DNA from: Squalus acanthias | Taxonomy: Eukaryota | Direction of reading: 5' to 3' | DNA length: 64,000 bases | Assembly: GCA_030390025.1 (NCBI GenBank) | Contig: CM059432.1 | Location: 127,164,001-127,228,000, forward strand | Part shown: one piece after another, positions 14,076-26,853 of the stretch | Numbering within the stretch: position 1 is the first letter of the stretch | Layout: every line of letters begins with the position of its first letter | The notes under the pieces: generated by a model | What the model saw: only the letters and a program-made list of their open reading frames with translations | What the model was told of the DNA's origin: nothing | Databases searched by the model: none | Position numbers and translations under genes: made by a program

Positions 14076-14212
14076 TACGATAGCAAAATACTGCGGATGC
14101 TGGAAATCCGAAATAACAACAGAAAACGCTGGAAAAACTCAGCAGGCCAGGCAGCATCCGTGGAGAGAGAAAGAGAGTTAACGTTTCAGGTCGATGACCT
14201 TTCATCAGAACT
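14076..14212 (-). mobile_element. Penelope-like terminal fragment with minimal hammerhead ribozyme (family B)
   Basis: Minus strand reads AGTT-CTGATGA-A-AGGTC-ATC-GACCT-GAAA-CGTT-AACT (14176-14212). Identical by eye to 35772-35904. Confidence 0.85.
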
Positions 14213-15010
14213 AAACTGGGCAAATCTGTTAATGGGTAAAATAACAGAACATCAGTGGGAGATGTTCAAAAAAGAATTTAACGTGATACAGAACCAGTTT
14301 ATACCCCCGAGGGGCAAGAGCTCTACTTGTCAAAAAAAAAGCCGTGGACGTCTAAAGAGGTAAGGGACAGCATAAAACTAAAAGAAAATGCATTAAAAAA
14401 ATGCAAAAACTGGCACAGATCCTGGCAACTGGGAGAGCAACAGAGAATAACAAAAGGTGACAAAACAGATAAGAGCAACAAAAAGAGAGTATGAAAAGGA
14501 ACTTGCAAGGGATATCAAAATCAACACAAAACATTTTTACAATTATATTAGGAAAAAGAGAGTGGTCAGGAGCAATGTGGGCCCCTTGAAAACTGATGCG
14601 TGATATTGTCAATGAAAATAAGGAAATGGCAGACAGGTTGAATAATTACCTTGCATCGGTATTTACAATAGAGGAAGAGAATAGCATACTGGACATCCCA
14701 AGGGAACTAATATTAAATTAGGGCCAGGAACTCGCCAAAATTAACGTAAGCAAAATAACAGTAATGAAGAAAATAGTATCCCCAGGACCAGATGGTTTCC
14801 ATCCCAGGGTTTTAATGGAAGTAGGTGAGAACATTCCAGATGCCCTAATTATAATCTTCCAAAAATCTCTCGATTCGGGAACTGCTCCTTTTTAGATTGG
14901 AAAATTGCGCATGTCACTCCGCTATTAAGAAATGTGAGAGAGGGAAACCAGGGAATTACAGACCAGTTAGCCTAACATCGGTTGTCGGCAAATAATTAGT
15001 GTCTATAATT

Positions 15011-18000
15011 CTTCTTCTTAGGCAGTCCCTCGGAACTGAGGATGACTTGCTTCCACATTAAAAATGAGTTCTCAGGTGACTGGTGAGTCCAATGCGGGAC
15101 CTACAGTCTCTGTCACAGGTGGGGCAGACGGTGGTTGAAGGGGCGGGTGGGTGGGGTGCTTCTTGCGCTGCCTGCGCTTGGCTTCCGCTTGCTCCCGGTG
15201 AAGACTCGGTGTTCGGCGCCTTCCCGGATGCTTCTCCTCCACTTTGTGCGGTCTTGGGCCAGGGATTCCCAGGTGTCGGTGGGGATGTTGCACTTTTTCA
15301 AGGAGGCTTTGAGGGTGTCCTTGAAGCATTTCCTCTGCCCACCTGGGGCTCTCTTGCCGTGCCGGAGCTCCGAGTAGAGCGCTTGTTTTGGGAGTCTCGT
15401 ATCGGGCATGCGGACAATGTGACTCGCCCATCGGAGCTGATCGAGCGTAGTCAAAGCTTTGATGATGGGGATGTTGGCCTGAGCAAGAACACTGACGTTG
15501 GTGCGCCTATCCTGCCAATGGATTTGCAGGATCTTGCGGAGGCAGCGTTGGTGGCACCTCTCCAGTGCTTTGAGGTGCCTGCTGTACATGGTCCATGTCT
15601 CTGGGGCATACAGCAGGGCGGGTATCACTGCTGTGCTCTGTAGACCATGAGCTTAGTGCCGGGTTTGAGGTCCTGGTCTTCAAACACTCTCTTCCTCAGG
15701 CGACCGAATGCTGCACTGGCACACTGAAGGCGGTGTTGGACTTCGTCGTCGACGTCTGCCCTTGTTGACAGTAGGCTCCCGAGGTATGGAAAGTGGTCCA
15801 CGTTGTCCAAGGCCTTGTCTGGGGGCAGGTTGGTAGAGGACCTTTGTCTTACGGATGTTTAGTGTAAGGCCCATGCTCTCGTACGCTTCGGTGAAGGTGT
15901 TGACGATGGTTTGGAGTTCGACCTCCGAGTGAGCACAGACGCAAGCGTCGTCTGCATACTGTAATTCGACGACAGAGGATGGGACGACCTTGGATCTGGA
16001 CTGGAGGCGACGGAGGTTGAACAGTTTCCCGTTTGTTCTGTAAATTAACTCCACTCCAGTGGGGAGCTTACTGAGGCTGAGATGGAGCAATGCAGCAAGG
16101 AAGATCGAGCAGAGCGTTGGTGCAATGACACAGCCTTGCTTGACCCCGGTTCGTACGTGAATTGGATCTGTGGTGGAACCGTTGGTCAGGATCACGGCTT
16201 GCATGTCGTCGAGAAGCAGGCGGAGGATGGTGACAAACTTTTGAGGGCAGCTGAATTTGAGGAGGACACTCCATAATCCCTCACGGTTGACAGTGTCAAA
16301 GGCCTTTGAGATCGAAGAAGGCCAGGTTGGTGCTGTTCCCTGCATTTCTCTTGTAATTGACGTGCGGTGAAGATCATGTCCATTGTGCCCGTAAGTGGGC
16401 GGAATCCGCATTGCGACTCTGGGAGGAGCTCTTCGGCCACTGGGAGAAGGCGATTGAGGAGGATTCTTGCAATGACTTTCCCTGTGGCAGACTGCAGGGA
16501 AACTCCTCTAATTACTGCAATCGGATTTGTCACCTTTCTTGAAGATGGTCGCAATTACGGCGTCTGAGATCCTCTGGCATGCTCTCCTCCTTCCAGATAA
16601 GAGAAATGAGTTCATGAATTCGCGCCAGTAGTGCTTCTCCGCCATGTTTTAGTGCCTCGGCGGGGATTCCATCTGCTCTTGAGGCCTTGTTGTTCTTCAG
16701 TTGTTGGATGGCTTTTCAACCTCATGCCAGGCTGGGGTTGTGCTGAAATGGTGGCGGGTAGCATGCTGCGGGATGGAGTTGCGGACACTCGCGTCGAAGA
16801 CAGAGTCGCGGTTAAGGAGATCTTCGAAGTGCTCCTTCCAGCGGGCACTGACTGCCTCTCTGTTCTTGATGAGTACCTCTCCGTTCTTGGCCCGCAGAGG
16901 GGTAGGGCCTTGGGTGCTTGGGCCGTAGATGGTCTTGACTGCGCTAAAGAATCCACGCACGTCGTGGTTGTCGGCTAGCTGCTGGATCTCCTGCGCTTTC
17001 TCACCCACCATCTGTTCTTTAGGTCGCGAGTTTTTTGTTGGACCTTGGCCTTCAGGCTTCTGTAGAGCTGCTTTCTTGCTCTCGAGTTCTGTTGCTGTTT
17101 CCAGATCAGGAATGCCTTGCGCTTGCGGCTTCTTAGCCCCTGGATCTGGTCATTCTCGTCGAACTAGTCTTGGTGTTTCCTGGTCGAGTGACCGAGCGTC
17201 TCTTCACAGGTGCTGATTATGGAGGCCTTGAGTGCAGACCAGACGCTGTGGGCACTCTGTGTCTCTGCATCACTAGGAGTTGTCAGGTTGTTTGTGAGGC
17301 GCAGGCTGAATAGGGCTTTCTTAGCGGGGTCTTTGAGTGCTCCAGCGTTAATTTTCCTGCGGCATTGTTTCTGTTGCCGCCGCTGTTTTGGGGCTACATT
17401 GATGGAGATGACAGAGCGGATTAGGCAGTGGTCTGTCCAGCAGTCATCAGCTCCTGTCATGGCGCGGGTGATGCGGACGTCCTTGCGGTCCCTCGCTCGG
17501 ACGATGACGTAGTCCACCAGATGCCAGTGCTTGAGCGAGGGTGCTGCCATGAAGCCTTGTACTTGTCTCTCTGACGGAACAAGGTGTTGGTTATGACAAG
17601 GCCATGGTCTAAGCATTTTGACAGGAGGAGGGTACCGTTGGAGTTGGCTTTCCATACCCCCCCTCTCTGCCGATCACACCTCCCCAGAGGTCTGTCCTTT
17701 CCAACTTCCGACTTGGCGTTAAAGTCGCCAAGGAGGATCAGCTTGTCGCCCGTTGGGACTCGGGACAGGGATTGTTCGAGGCTGGAGTAGAATTCCTCTT
17801 TGGTCTCGTCTGTGGCTTCCAGTGTTGGGGCGTACGCACTGATGACGGGCTAGGGTGAGCCGAAGAGTCATGAGGCGCTCGTTTATACCGCTGGGAGAGT
17901 GTCTGAGACGCCCAACTAGTTCATTTTTTATGGCAAAGCCTACCCCATGGAGGCGGTGTTCTTCTTCAGGTTTGCCTTTCCAGAAGAAGGTATTGAAGCA

Positions 18001-18825
18001 TTGGGAGCTCCTTTGCCATCAGTTGCCATCCTTTGCTCTTTTTTCCCCCCCCCCAGTCTCCCCTCTTCTGCTGTTTAAGTTCCCCTGGCTCTAATAGTGG
18101 GTGCATTTTATCCCTAGTTCAAGCTGCAAGGTTAAAGTTACCTGAGCCCACTGCCCATCCCCCGACCATGCCTGTTCTTTGTTCTCAGTGAGCACTGGCT
18201 CTTCACTTAAACTTAGCTCCCAAATTCCCAGACCGTCAAGACTACGTTTCTCCACTAGACTAGTGATCTAGTGACTAGTGGATCGCGAGTGGAGTTCGGG
18301 GCCAGGGATCGGGAGAATATCAGTGCTAATTTGATCCTGAGAGACACAACATCATTCATGTCCGAGGCCGCGACCCAGGAGCGAGGATGAGCCCAGCAGC
18401 GAGGTCAAGGCCCAGGAGTGGCGCAGCGGGGTCAGGGCCCAGGGAAGGTGCGGCACGGGCCAACAGCGAGGTCGGGAGGACCACAATGCATCCTACGAAA
18501 CCCAAGCAGAGAGGACCTGCGGGAAGGAGGGAGGAGGAGTGTGTGTGTGTGTCTGTGTGGTAGCTGGTGTGCAACGGCCACCCCACGTTAAAATGATTCA
18601 CGTACAGGCATCTTCCACGCTTTAAAATGAGGTTCGGGACCTGGAATGTCACGACCCTCATGGACAACCCCAACAGTGACAGACCAGAACGCCGTACTGC
18701 TATCGTTGCCCGGGAGCTCAGACGTTTCGACATTGACATCGCCGCCCTAAGCGAGACCTGGCGGGCAGGGGAAGGCCAGCTCAAGGAGCAAGGTGGTAGC
18801 TACACCACCTTCTGGAAAGGCAAAC
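15011..18825 (-). mobile_element. Near full-length RTE-clade LINE with inverted 5' segment and 8-bp TSD
   Basis: (AAG)n tail at 15011. RT LQYADD, GVKQGCVIAP and RMPDTRLPKQALY on the minus strand. ORF start MRFGTWNV..IAALSET on the plus strand at 18627. CTATAATT at 15003-15010 and 18826-18833. Confidence 0.9.
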
Positions 18826-19859
18826 CTATAATTAAGGATAGGGTGACTGAACGCCTTGAAAATTTTCAGCTAATCAGTGAGAGCTAGCATGGATTTGTAA
18901 AGTGTAGGTCATGTCATATGAATCTGATTTTTTTTTTGAAGAGATGACTAAAGTAGTGGACAGGGGAATGTCTATGGATGTTATTTATATGGACTTTCAG
19001 AAGGCATTTGATAAAGTCCCTCATAAGAGACTGTTGACTAAAGTTGAAGCTCATGGAATTGAAACAAATTATTGACCTGGTTAGGAAATTGGCTGAGCGG
19101 CAGGACACAGAGTAGGAATAATGGGCAGGTACACTAATTGGCAGGATGTGACTAGTAGTGTCCCGCGAGGATCTGTGTTGGGGCCTCAACTATTCACTGT
19201 ATTTATTAATGACTTGGATAATGGGATAGAAAGCCACATATCCAAGTTTGCCGATGGCGGCGATGGAAGCATAAAATTAGAGATATTAATAGATTAGGTG
19301 AATTGGGCAAAATTGTGGCAAATGGATTTCAATGTCGGCAAATGTGAGGTCATCTACTTTGGACCTAAAAAAGGATAGAACAGTGGTGAAAAGCTAGAAA
19401 CAGTGGAGGTCCAAAGATGTCATAGATAGGTACAGAAAATAATCAAAGGCTAATGGAATGCTGGCCTTTATATCTAGAGGATGAGAGTACAAGGGGGTAG
19501 AAGTTATGCTACAGCTATACATAGACCACACCTGGAGTACAGTGAGTCATTCTGGGCACCACATCGTAGGAAGGATATATTGGCCTTGGAGGGAGTGCAG
19601 CGTAGATTTACCAGAATGATACCTGGACTCCAAGGGTTAACTTACGAGGAGAGATTACACAAACTAGGGTTGTATCCCCTGGAATTTCAAAGGTTAGAGG
19701 TGATTTGATCGAAGTTTTCAAGCTATTGAGGGGAACTGATAGGGTAGTTAGAGAAACTATTCTGCTGATTGGGAAGTCTAGGACTAGGGGACATAGTCCA
19801 AAAATCAGAGCCAGGCCTTTCAGGAGTGAAGTTAGGAAACACTTCTACACACAAAGGGT

Positions 19860-20308
19860 CAGCTGTGGCTCAGTTGGTAGCACACTCGCCTCTGAGTCAG
19901 AAGGTTGTGGGTTGAAGTCCCACTCCAGGGACTTGAGTGTATAAAGCTAGGCTGACACTCCAGTACAGTGCTGAGGGAGTGCTGCACTGTCGGAGGTGCC
20001 GTCTTTCGGATGAGACGTTAAACTGCTCTCTCAGGTGGACGTAAAAGATCCCATGGCACTATTTCGAAGAAGAGTAGGGGAGTTATCCCTGGTGTCCTGA
20101 CCAATATTTATCCCTCAACCAACATAACAAACAGATTATCTGGTCATTATCAACATTGCTGTTTGTGGGAGCTTGCTGTGTTCAAATTGGCTGCTGCGTT
20201 TCCCACATTACAACAGTGACTACACTCCAAAAGTACTTCATTGGCTGTAAAGCGCTTTGAGACGTCCAGTGGTCGTGAAAGGCGCTATATAAATGAAAGT
20301 CTTTCTTT
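19860..20308 (+). mobile_element. Deu-domain SINE, full length, inside CR1
   Basis: tRNA-like head, Deu core, tail gtgaaaggcgctatataaatgaaagtctttcttt. Confidence 0.88.
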
Positions 20309-20873
20309 TAGAAGTTTTGAACACAATGGCAATTGATGCTAGATCAATTTTTAATTTTAAATCTTAGTGATAGATTTTTGTTAACAAAAGGTATTCAAGG
20401 ATATGGGGCAAAGACAGGTATATGGAGTTAGGTTGCAGATCAGCCATGATTTAATTGAATGGTGGAACGGGCTCGAGGGGCTAAATGGCCTATTCTTATA
20501 TTCCGAAAATGTTTTGGGCATGAAGGAGACCCCAGCAGTCTTATTTTTGTAGTCACACAAGATGGAAAAACAGTCATTTCTACAGCCCTGTATTTTATAA
20601 TGTAAAATTCAAACCTGTTAAGATTTTGCATTCTATCATTCCCTCTTCTAGTTAACTAACGGTTTTGGGCATGTCATACATTTAAATGGTTAAATATTGC
20701 AATGCTGTGGTGAACTTTTTTCTTTTTCTGGGGGAAATATAGAAATGCTCATTCAAAGTTCGGATTGTTTGAAAAAACTAATCTGCTTTGTAGTTATTCA
20801 TTGAGCATCTTCAACTTTCCATTCTGCTTTCACTTAGTTGTGTATTGCATTTAATTTTGAATTTTTTCCTTAG

Positions 20874-20941
20874 GTTGGAACTTTAGATGTCTTAGTGGGG
20901 TTATCTGATGAACTGGCCAAGTTGGACTCATTTGTGGAGGG
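20874..20941 (+). CDS. ATP6V1C1: ATP6V1C1 exon 3
   Basis: VGTLDVLVGLSDELAKLDSFVE(G); ttccttag acceptor, GG|gtaagt donor; 68 nt, phase 0 to 2. Confidence 0.97.
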
Positions 20942-21874
20942 GTAAGTTTGTTGAACACTTAAACGGGTTCTGACAGCAAATTTACAATACTTCTGATCGG
21001 TTCATTTCTGAAGCATTCTGTAAAAGACTAATACAAGAATTAAATTTTGCATATGGATAAATGGTAAATGGGTGCTTTAAGTTCACATTTCACCGAGCTA
21101 TCTGATTTTCACAGCAACTGTAGCTAAATAATTAGGGCTCTCCCTTTTATGAAGTAATGCCATCATGAGTCACGTGGGCTATCTGGTTGGCCAATCTTCA
21201 CAGGAGCATTTAGTTTGCATATAGTTGTATGTAAACGAGCTACTTTAGGCGCATTGTCCTTGAGCCTTTTTGGGTTGTGAAGCAGAAGAACCATGCATTA
21301 TGTTTGTCATGATGTAATATAGAACTATGGCAATACAAATGTGGAGGGAACTTCTCAAACACTCATGGAGATGAGATTTCTCTAATAGGAGTTTTATTTA
21401 AAAACTATTTGGTATACCTTTGTACTCATAAGAATGAAGGTGATTGGATGTGTATTATAATACAAAACAATGGATATTGTAAATTGGCTGCAGAGTTCCA
21501 AACAATCCACTTGTGATTATGAATCAAAGTGAAATTCTGTGTTGCACATAATGATCTGTGGAAGGTGGCTTTTTCTCCAACACTGTTGCAATTCTTATGG
21601 AAATTTTAAGCCTAAGAAATGTTTAGTGAACTTTTATTTGTTGTAATTCATTGTATTATGTAGTTAGAGTTTAGTGGTGCAACCAACAAGATAGTTAGCA
21701 TGCATGTTATAAGATAATTTAACAAATTTGTACCAAAGGATGACAAGGTAACACTCTGTCTAAATTTTAAACAATGCCTGTGTACCTCTGGTTTATAATG
21801 CTTTACTTTGTTAGCCAAAATCATCCTCGTTATTGAAGCAACCATCTACTGCTCACAGAAGTATATTGACAGTG

Positions 21875-22312
21875 AGCTGTGGATCAGTTGGTAGTACTCT
21901 CTCTCCTGAGTCAGAAGGTTGTGGGTTCAAGTCCCACTCCAGAGACTTGAGCACAAAAATCTAGGCTGACACTGCAGTGCTGCACTGTTGGAGGTGCCGT
22001 CTTTCGGATGAGACATTAAACTGAGGCCCCGTGTGCTCTCAGGTGGACGTAAAAGATCTCCAGGCACTATTTTGAAGAAGAGCAGGGGAGTTCACCCCTG
22101 TGTCCTGGCCAATATTTATCCCTCAATCAACATCACTAGAACAGATTATCTGGTCATTAGCACATTGCTGTTTGTGAGAGCTTGCTGTGTTAAATGGCTG
22201 CTGCGTTTCCTACATTTGAAGTGTAGTCACTATTGTAAAGTACTTCGTTGGCTGTAAAGCGCTTTGGGATGTCCAGTGGTCGTGAAAGGCGCTATATAAA
22301 TACAGGTTTTTT
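21875..22312 (+). mobile_element. Deu-domain SINE
   Basis: Same head, core and tail as the other copies. Confidence 0.87.
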
Positions 22313-24132
22313 TTTTGGAAGAACCAAAATAGGGACCAGAAATCTGTTCTTTAGCCAGAGAAAAAGTGGAATTTTTTTTTTCAGTGAGTGAAAACCAGTT
22401 GTTTTAAATGTAATTTTGAGGCTGGAATTTCAAATTGGGTTCTGAGAATATAGTGCTTTATGTCTGGATCTGCCATTGTGTTGAGAATTACTTCACTGTT
22501 GGCATGTTTATTGTGGAGTGGCTAGGATGCTTCTAGCTGTTGGGGGTCAAAGCCAGTATATAAATACTTGCTATATTTCTGGTTACTTTCCTGTGATACT
22601 GCACTGAGATTCCTACCCTAAATAACCTCTTTCATATCCACATAAGACATTTCAGAGTTTGATATTCGAGATTTATTAATCTCACTTTGTGGTTAAACTT
22701 GTTGAATTAATACTTTAACCTTGAATTTGGATCAAACTCTGAGTTCAGTTCCCACAACCTTCTTTTAGTATCTGGTATTGTCTTTGTCACATCTTGAAAT
22801 AAAGAACTAGTAATTGCAACAAGATAAGAGCAGATAATGCTAGAAATACAAGTATACCTATCTGCATGTGAAAAGGAAAAAAATAGCTTGTCAGAACTAT
22901 AAAACAAAAAAGTAGGCAAACTGCTTTCATAGGCCTGATTGGGGTTGAGTGTCAAATGTGCTAAATATTAATACAAAGAGAAACTGAAAATTGGAATAAT
23001 TTTTAAAAAACTAGGAAAAAAATGATAATGTACATTGATCACCTCATAGATTTTAGAAAGGCAAAAGGTAAGTAAAATAGTTCCAAAATAGAACCTGAAT
23101 AGATGCTGCTTCGTGGGGGTGAGGGATAAGATTGCCTGAGATACTAGTCCGTGGAGCTGGTCCTGAGATGCTATTCAGTTTTGAATGGGGAGGGGGGGGC
23201 GTTGCTCAATGTTGAAGGGGATGGATACAGGCGGTGGACAATTAGGACAGGGACAAGGCAAGGACGATGATCTTGGGGCTGCCGAGTGGGTGGGCTACAC
23301 ATGGGCTGCGGTTTTGTGTGTGGCTGGCTGGTCGGAGGCACAGTTGAGCGATGGCTGGGGAAGATTGGGAGTTTATCGGCCAACAGCTGCAGCGCGAGGT
23401 TCTGGGCCAAGGAATGGACTACCGAATGCTCGGGGACTGTTGTGGGCCTACGGAACATGGCCAGGGAAGGAGTGCAGGGAATCTGTCGGGCCAAAAAAAT
23501 TGTGAACTTTCAATTTTACTTGCCAACTTTAAAACTTACCTGGTTTATTTACCTGTACCAACATGGCTACAACATGTACCAACGTGGCTGTTGGCTGATA
23601 CAAACTTTGGGGGGTGGGGGGTGGCTACACAGTGACGCTCGGTGGCTCGAGCCTGCAACTACATGCAACCCTTTTTTGATATTGGCCCAGAATTTGCTGA
23701 TTTTAAAAAAAAGGCATGTGAACGATGCATGTCGTTATTAATGTGCAAGATGTCCACCAACTTGTGTCGAGGAAGAGGTGTCCTGTGAATTGCGAATCGC
23801 CACAAATTACTGGCCGATTTGCACCACTTTGCAATAACGGCACCTCGCTCTTAACCTCAGCATGATTTTCATAAGTGAAGTTGCTGCATTTGCACATTAA
23901 TTGCCACAGTTTAATTTAGTAATTACTAACACAAGTACCCTTTTAACTATGATAATTGTTAATGACTGGCGATCAACCTCCCTTGTCCAGAAAGTGAACA
24001 ATTAAGTCTGGAGTCTCATTCCTTTTAGGTAGTGAATTGTTGCTGGTGATTTTAAAAATGCCAAATTTTAAAATGTAATTTTTTTTCTCATCTCTTGTTT
24101 CTCTCTCTTAATCCAATCCAATCTTTCTTTCA

Positions 24133-24578
24133 ACAACAGCAACTTGTATTTATATAGCACCCTTAACGTCGTAAAACATCCCAAGGTGCTTCACAGGAGT
24201 ATTAAAAGACAAAAGATTTGATACCAAGCCACATAGAGAAATTAGGGCAGGTGATCAAAAGCTTGGTCAGAGGTAGGTTTTAAGGAGCGTCTTAAAGGTG
24301 GAAAGAGAGGTAGCGAGGCGGACAGGTTTAGGCAGGGAATTCCAGAGCTTAAGGCCTAGGCAACGGAAGGCACGGTCACCAATGGTCGAGCGATTATAAT
24401 CAGGGATGCTCAAGAGGGCAGAATTAGAGGAGCACAGATATCTCTTGGGGGTTGTGGGGCTGGAGGCGATTAAAGAGTTAGGAAGGGGTGAGGCCATTGA
24501 GGGATTTGAAAACAAGGATGAGAATTTTGAAATCGAGGCGTTGCTTAACCGGGAGTCAATGTAGGTCAGTGAGCACAG
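24133..24578 (-). mobile_element. L2-clade LINE 3' fragment
   Basis: RSTIGDRAF...KLWNSLPKPVRLATSLSTFKTLLKTYL; tail gctatataaatacaagttg. Confidence 0.85.
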
Positions 24579-26767
24579 TCAGGCAGTGAAGACGAAAATG
24601 TACCCCATGTATTTTTTTTTCCTTCCAATGCAAGTAGGTGCCTCTCTCTTTCTCTGTCTCTACCTGATTTGACATTGAATTCACACACTCTAATTCACCC
24701 TCCTTCTCAGTCCTTCCTCTGTTTATTTCTCAATCCTTAAATCTCACTGGTTAAGAAGGTACACTGTTTGTCCCATTGATCACCAAGGGCCCTGTTGCCC
24801 TCACTGCGCTGTTATCAGCTCGCACTTCCAGCAACATTTTGAGCTGAAGGGTGCAGGAGCAAGTCCAGCTAATGGGACGTGCCGTGAGATACCCCGCTCC
24901 AGAAAGGCCTGTTCTTCTGTCCGGACCCGAGCTTGAGTTCGAAGTTTTACCAAGGCTGTGTGTGCTGGTGGTTTACAACTACTGTGCCTGAAAATAAATC
25001 GTAGGAGTTGTGATTTGCACCTGCTCCTGCAGAGCTACAATATCCAGAGTAAGGAGACCTCGGTTACAGTACTGTGTACAATATCGGGCTCCACAATATA
25101 GAAAGGATGTTGAGTCTTTAGCGAGGATGCAATGCTGATTCACTAGGATGCTGCCTGTTATGAGGAAATACAAATGAGGAAAGATTTTAATAATTGGGGT
25201 TTTTTTTTGTTGGAACAATGAAAATTATGGGGTGATATGATTGAAGTGTTTAACATTGTGACATGATGGGCCAGGGTAGATAGAAACAGACTGTTACCAG
25301 TAAAAAAAAAATAATGATTTCTCCCCAGCTTATCTGATGATGTTGCTCCTTCCTATTAAGAATTATTGATTTTAGACAAGAAGATATGAACACCATTTGG
25401 TCCAGATCTGTAAATTCAGTAGCCTGTGAAGTTTGAGTTAACCTGCATTTCTGATTTTCTACTGGAACTAGTGATCTTGTGAGCAGTTCATGGAGTGTTG
25501 AACCATATTTTACTGCATTATGGCTTTGCTGTTTGTCAGATCTAGTTAGTAGTAGTCCATTTGCTGTTAGTGTATTTGTTACTGAAGTGATAGTATAGAC
25601 TTGGAAGATTTAATATAATTGCAAATAAAAATTGTTGAATGCATGCTTTCCTTCAGAGCAGTATCAGTAGGTTTCCCTCTAAAGCAGGTGCGAATCTCAA
25701 CATTTAGATGTGAAGCCAAATGATTTTTAATGAGCTGGTTGTGGAATCTGAGAGGTGATCCCCTTTTGTATTATGGGATCAAAGTAAGTCATTTACATCT
25801 GACTGATTCTAAGGGTGATTTTCTAGCTTTGACATTTAGAACATTTTGTATATTGAGAAAGCTAAACATTTTAACTTGGGGAAAATGTGGCAGGTTTAAA
25901 GAGCATTGAACAGATTGAGATGAGCCAAAATTCAGAATGTAAAATGCTCTGACAGATGAAGATGCTTTTGGCTTGAGCTGGACACTGACCTTTGAGCGAT
26001 CAACATTAAATCACAGACAATCTAGTATTGTGATTATTGTATAATTGGGTTGAGTGGAAATGTAAGCTTGTCTTTTGAAAATTCGGTTAGTGCACTGTCT
26101 TTTGACTCCTAGGTTCAGATTCAAACCACCTCAAACTGATGGAATTGAATTCCCTCATGACCATTGGGTTCCAATGTTGAGCGACACTGGGCAATCTCAA
26201 CCCAGATACTCGTACTTCACTCAGCAGTGCAAAACTGCATTTAATTTGGCAGTAAATTTGCAAACCTAAAAATTACCAGATGTGGTTTTTTTGTCTCTGT
26301 GGGTGACATTGGCAAGGCCACATTTTTTTGCTCATCACTAGTTGCCCAGGGAAGGTAGCAAGTCTTATTATTTGTAGAAATAAGTGACTTTCTAGGCCAC
26401 TTAAGAGGGCATTAAAAGTCAGCTATGTAGTGTGGACCAGAGTCACATTTAGGTTAGACCAGGTATGTCTCTGAAGGACATTAGTGAACCAGTTGGGTTT
26501 TTACAACACTCCTGCAGCTTTCATGTCACTTTTTGGTGCTAGCCCACTAATGACCAGATTTACTGAATTAAATTTTGGTGGGATTTGTACTTTCAGCCTC
26601 TCGGTTGCCAGTCTAGTCCGATAACCGCTCCATTACCGTGCCCAAAATGCTACAGTATTTCAGTGTGTGGCTCACTAGGGAAAAGCAAAGGGCGCTTTAT
26701 GCTGTATTTGCCCTGTGTAGATGTATTAGTTAAATGTGTAACCCTTGTTCTGGTCTTCTGTTTCCAG

Positions 26768-26853
26768 TGTTGTGAAGAAGGTGGCCCAGTACATGGCTGA
26801 TGTGTTGGAAGACAGTAGGGACAAAGTACAAGAGAACCTTTTGGCCAGTGGAG
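26768..26853 (+). CDS. ATP6V1C1: ATP6V1C1 exon 4
   Basis: [28 protein letters not shown]; tttccag acceptor, GAG|gtaaat donor; 86 nt. Confidence 0.97.

Larger units (their letters stand above)
12715..20500 (+). mobile_element. Long decayed CR1 LINE (ORF1 esterase, endonuclease, RT, 3' UTR) interrupted by three younger insertions
   Basis: SGNH-like PVVVAHVGTNNIG near 12.8 kb, endonuclease YTNAQSIRNK/TETW near 13.4 kb, RT YMDFQKAFDKVPH near 19.0 kb, 3' end near 20.45 kb. Confidence 0.85.

Noticed and set aside
23684..24910. Possible non-autonomous DNA transposon starting GGCCCAGAATTTGC
   Set aside because: I could not find a matching right TIR or TSD, so its boundaries are unsupported.
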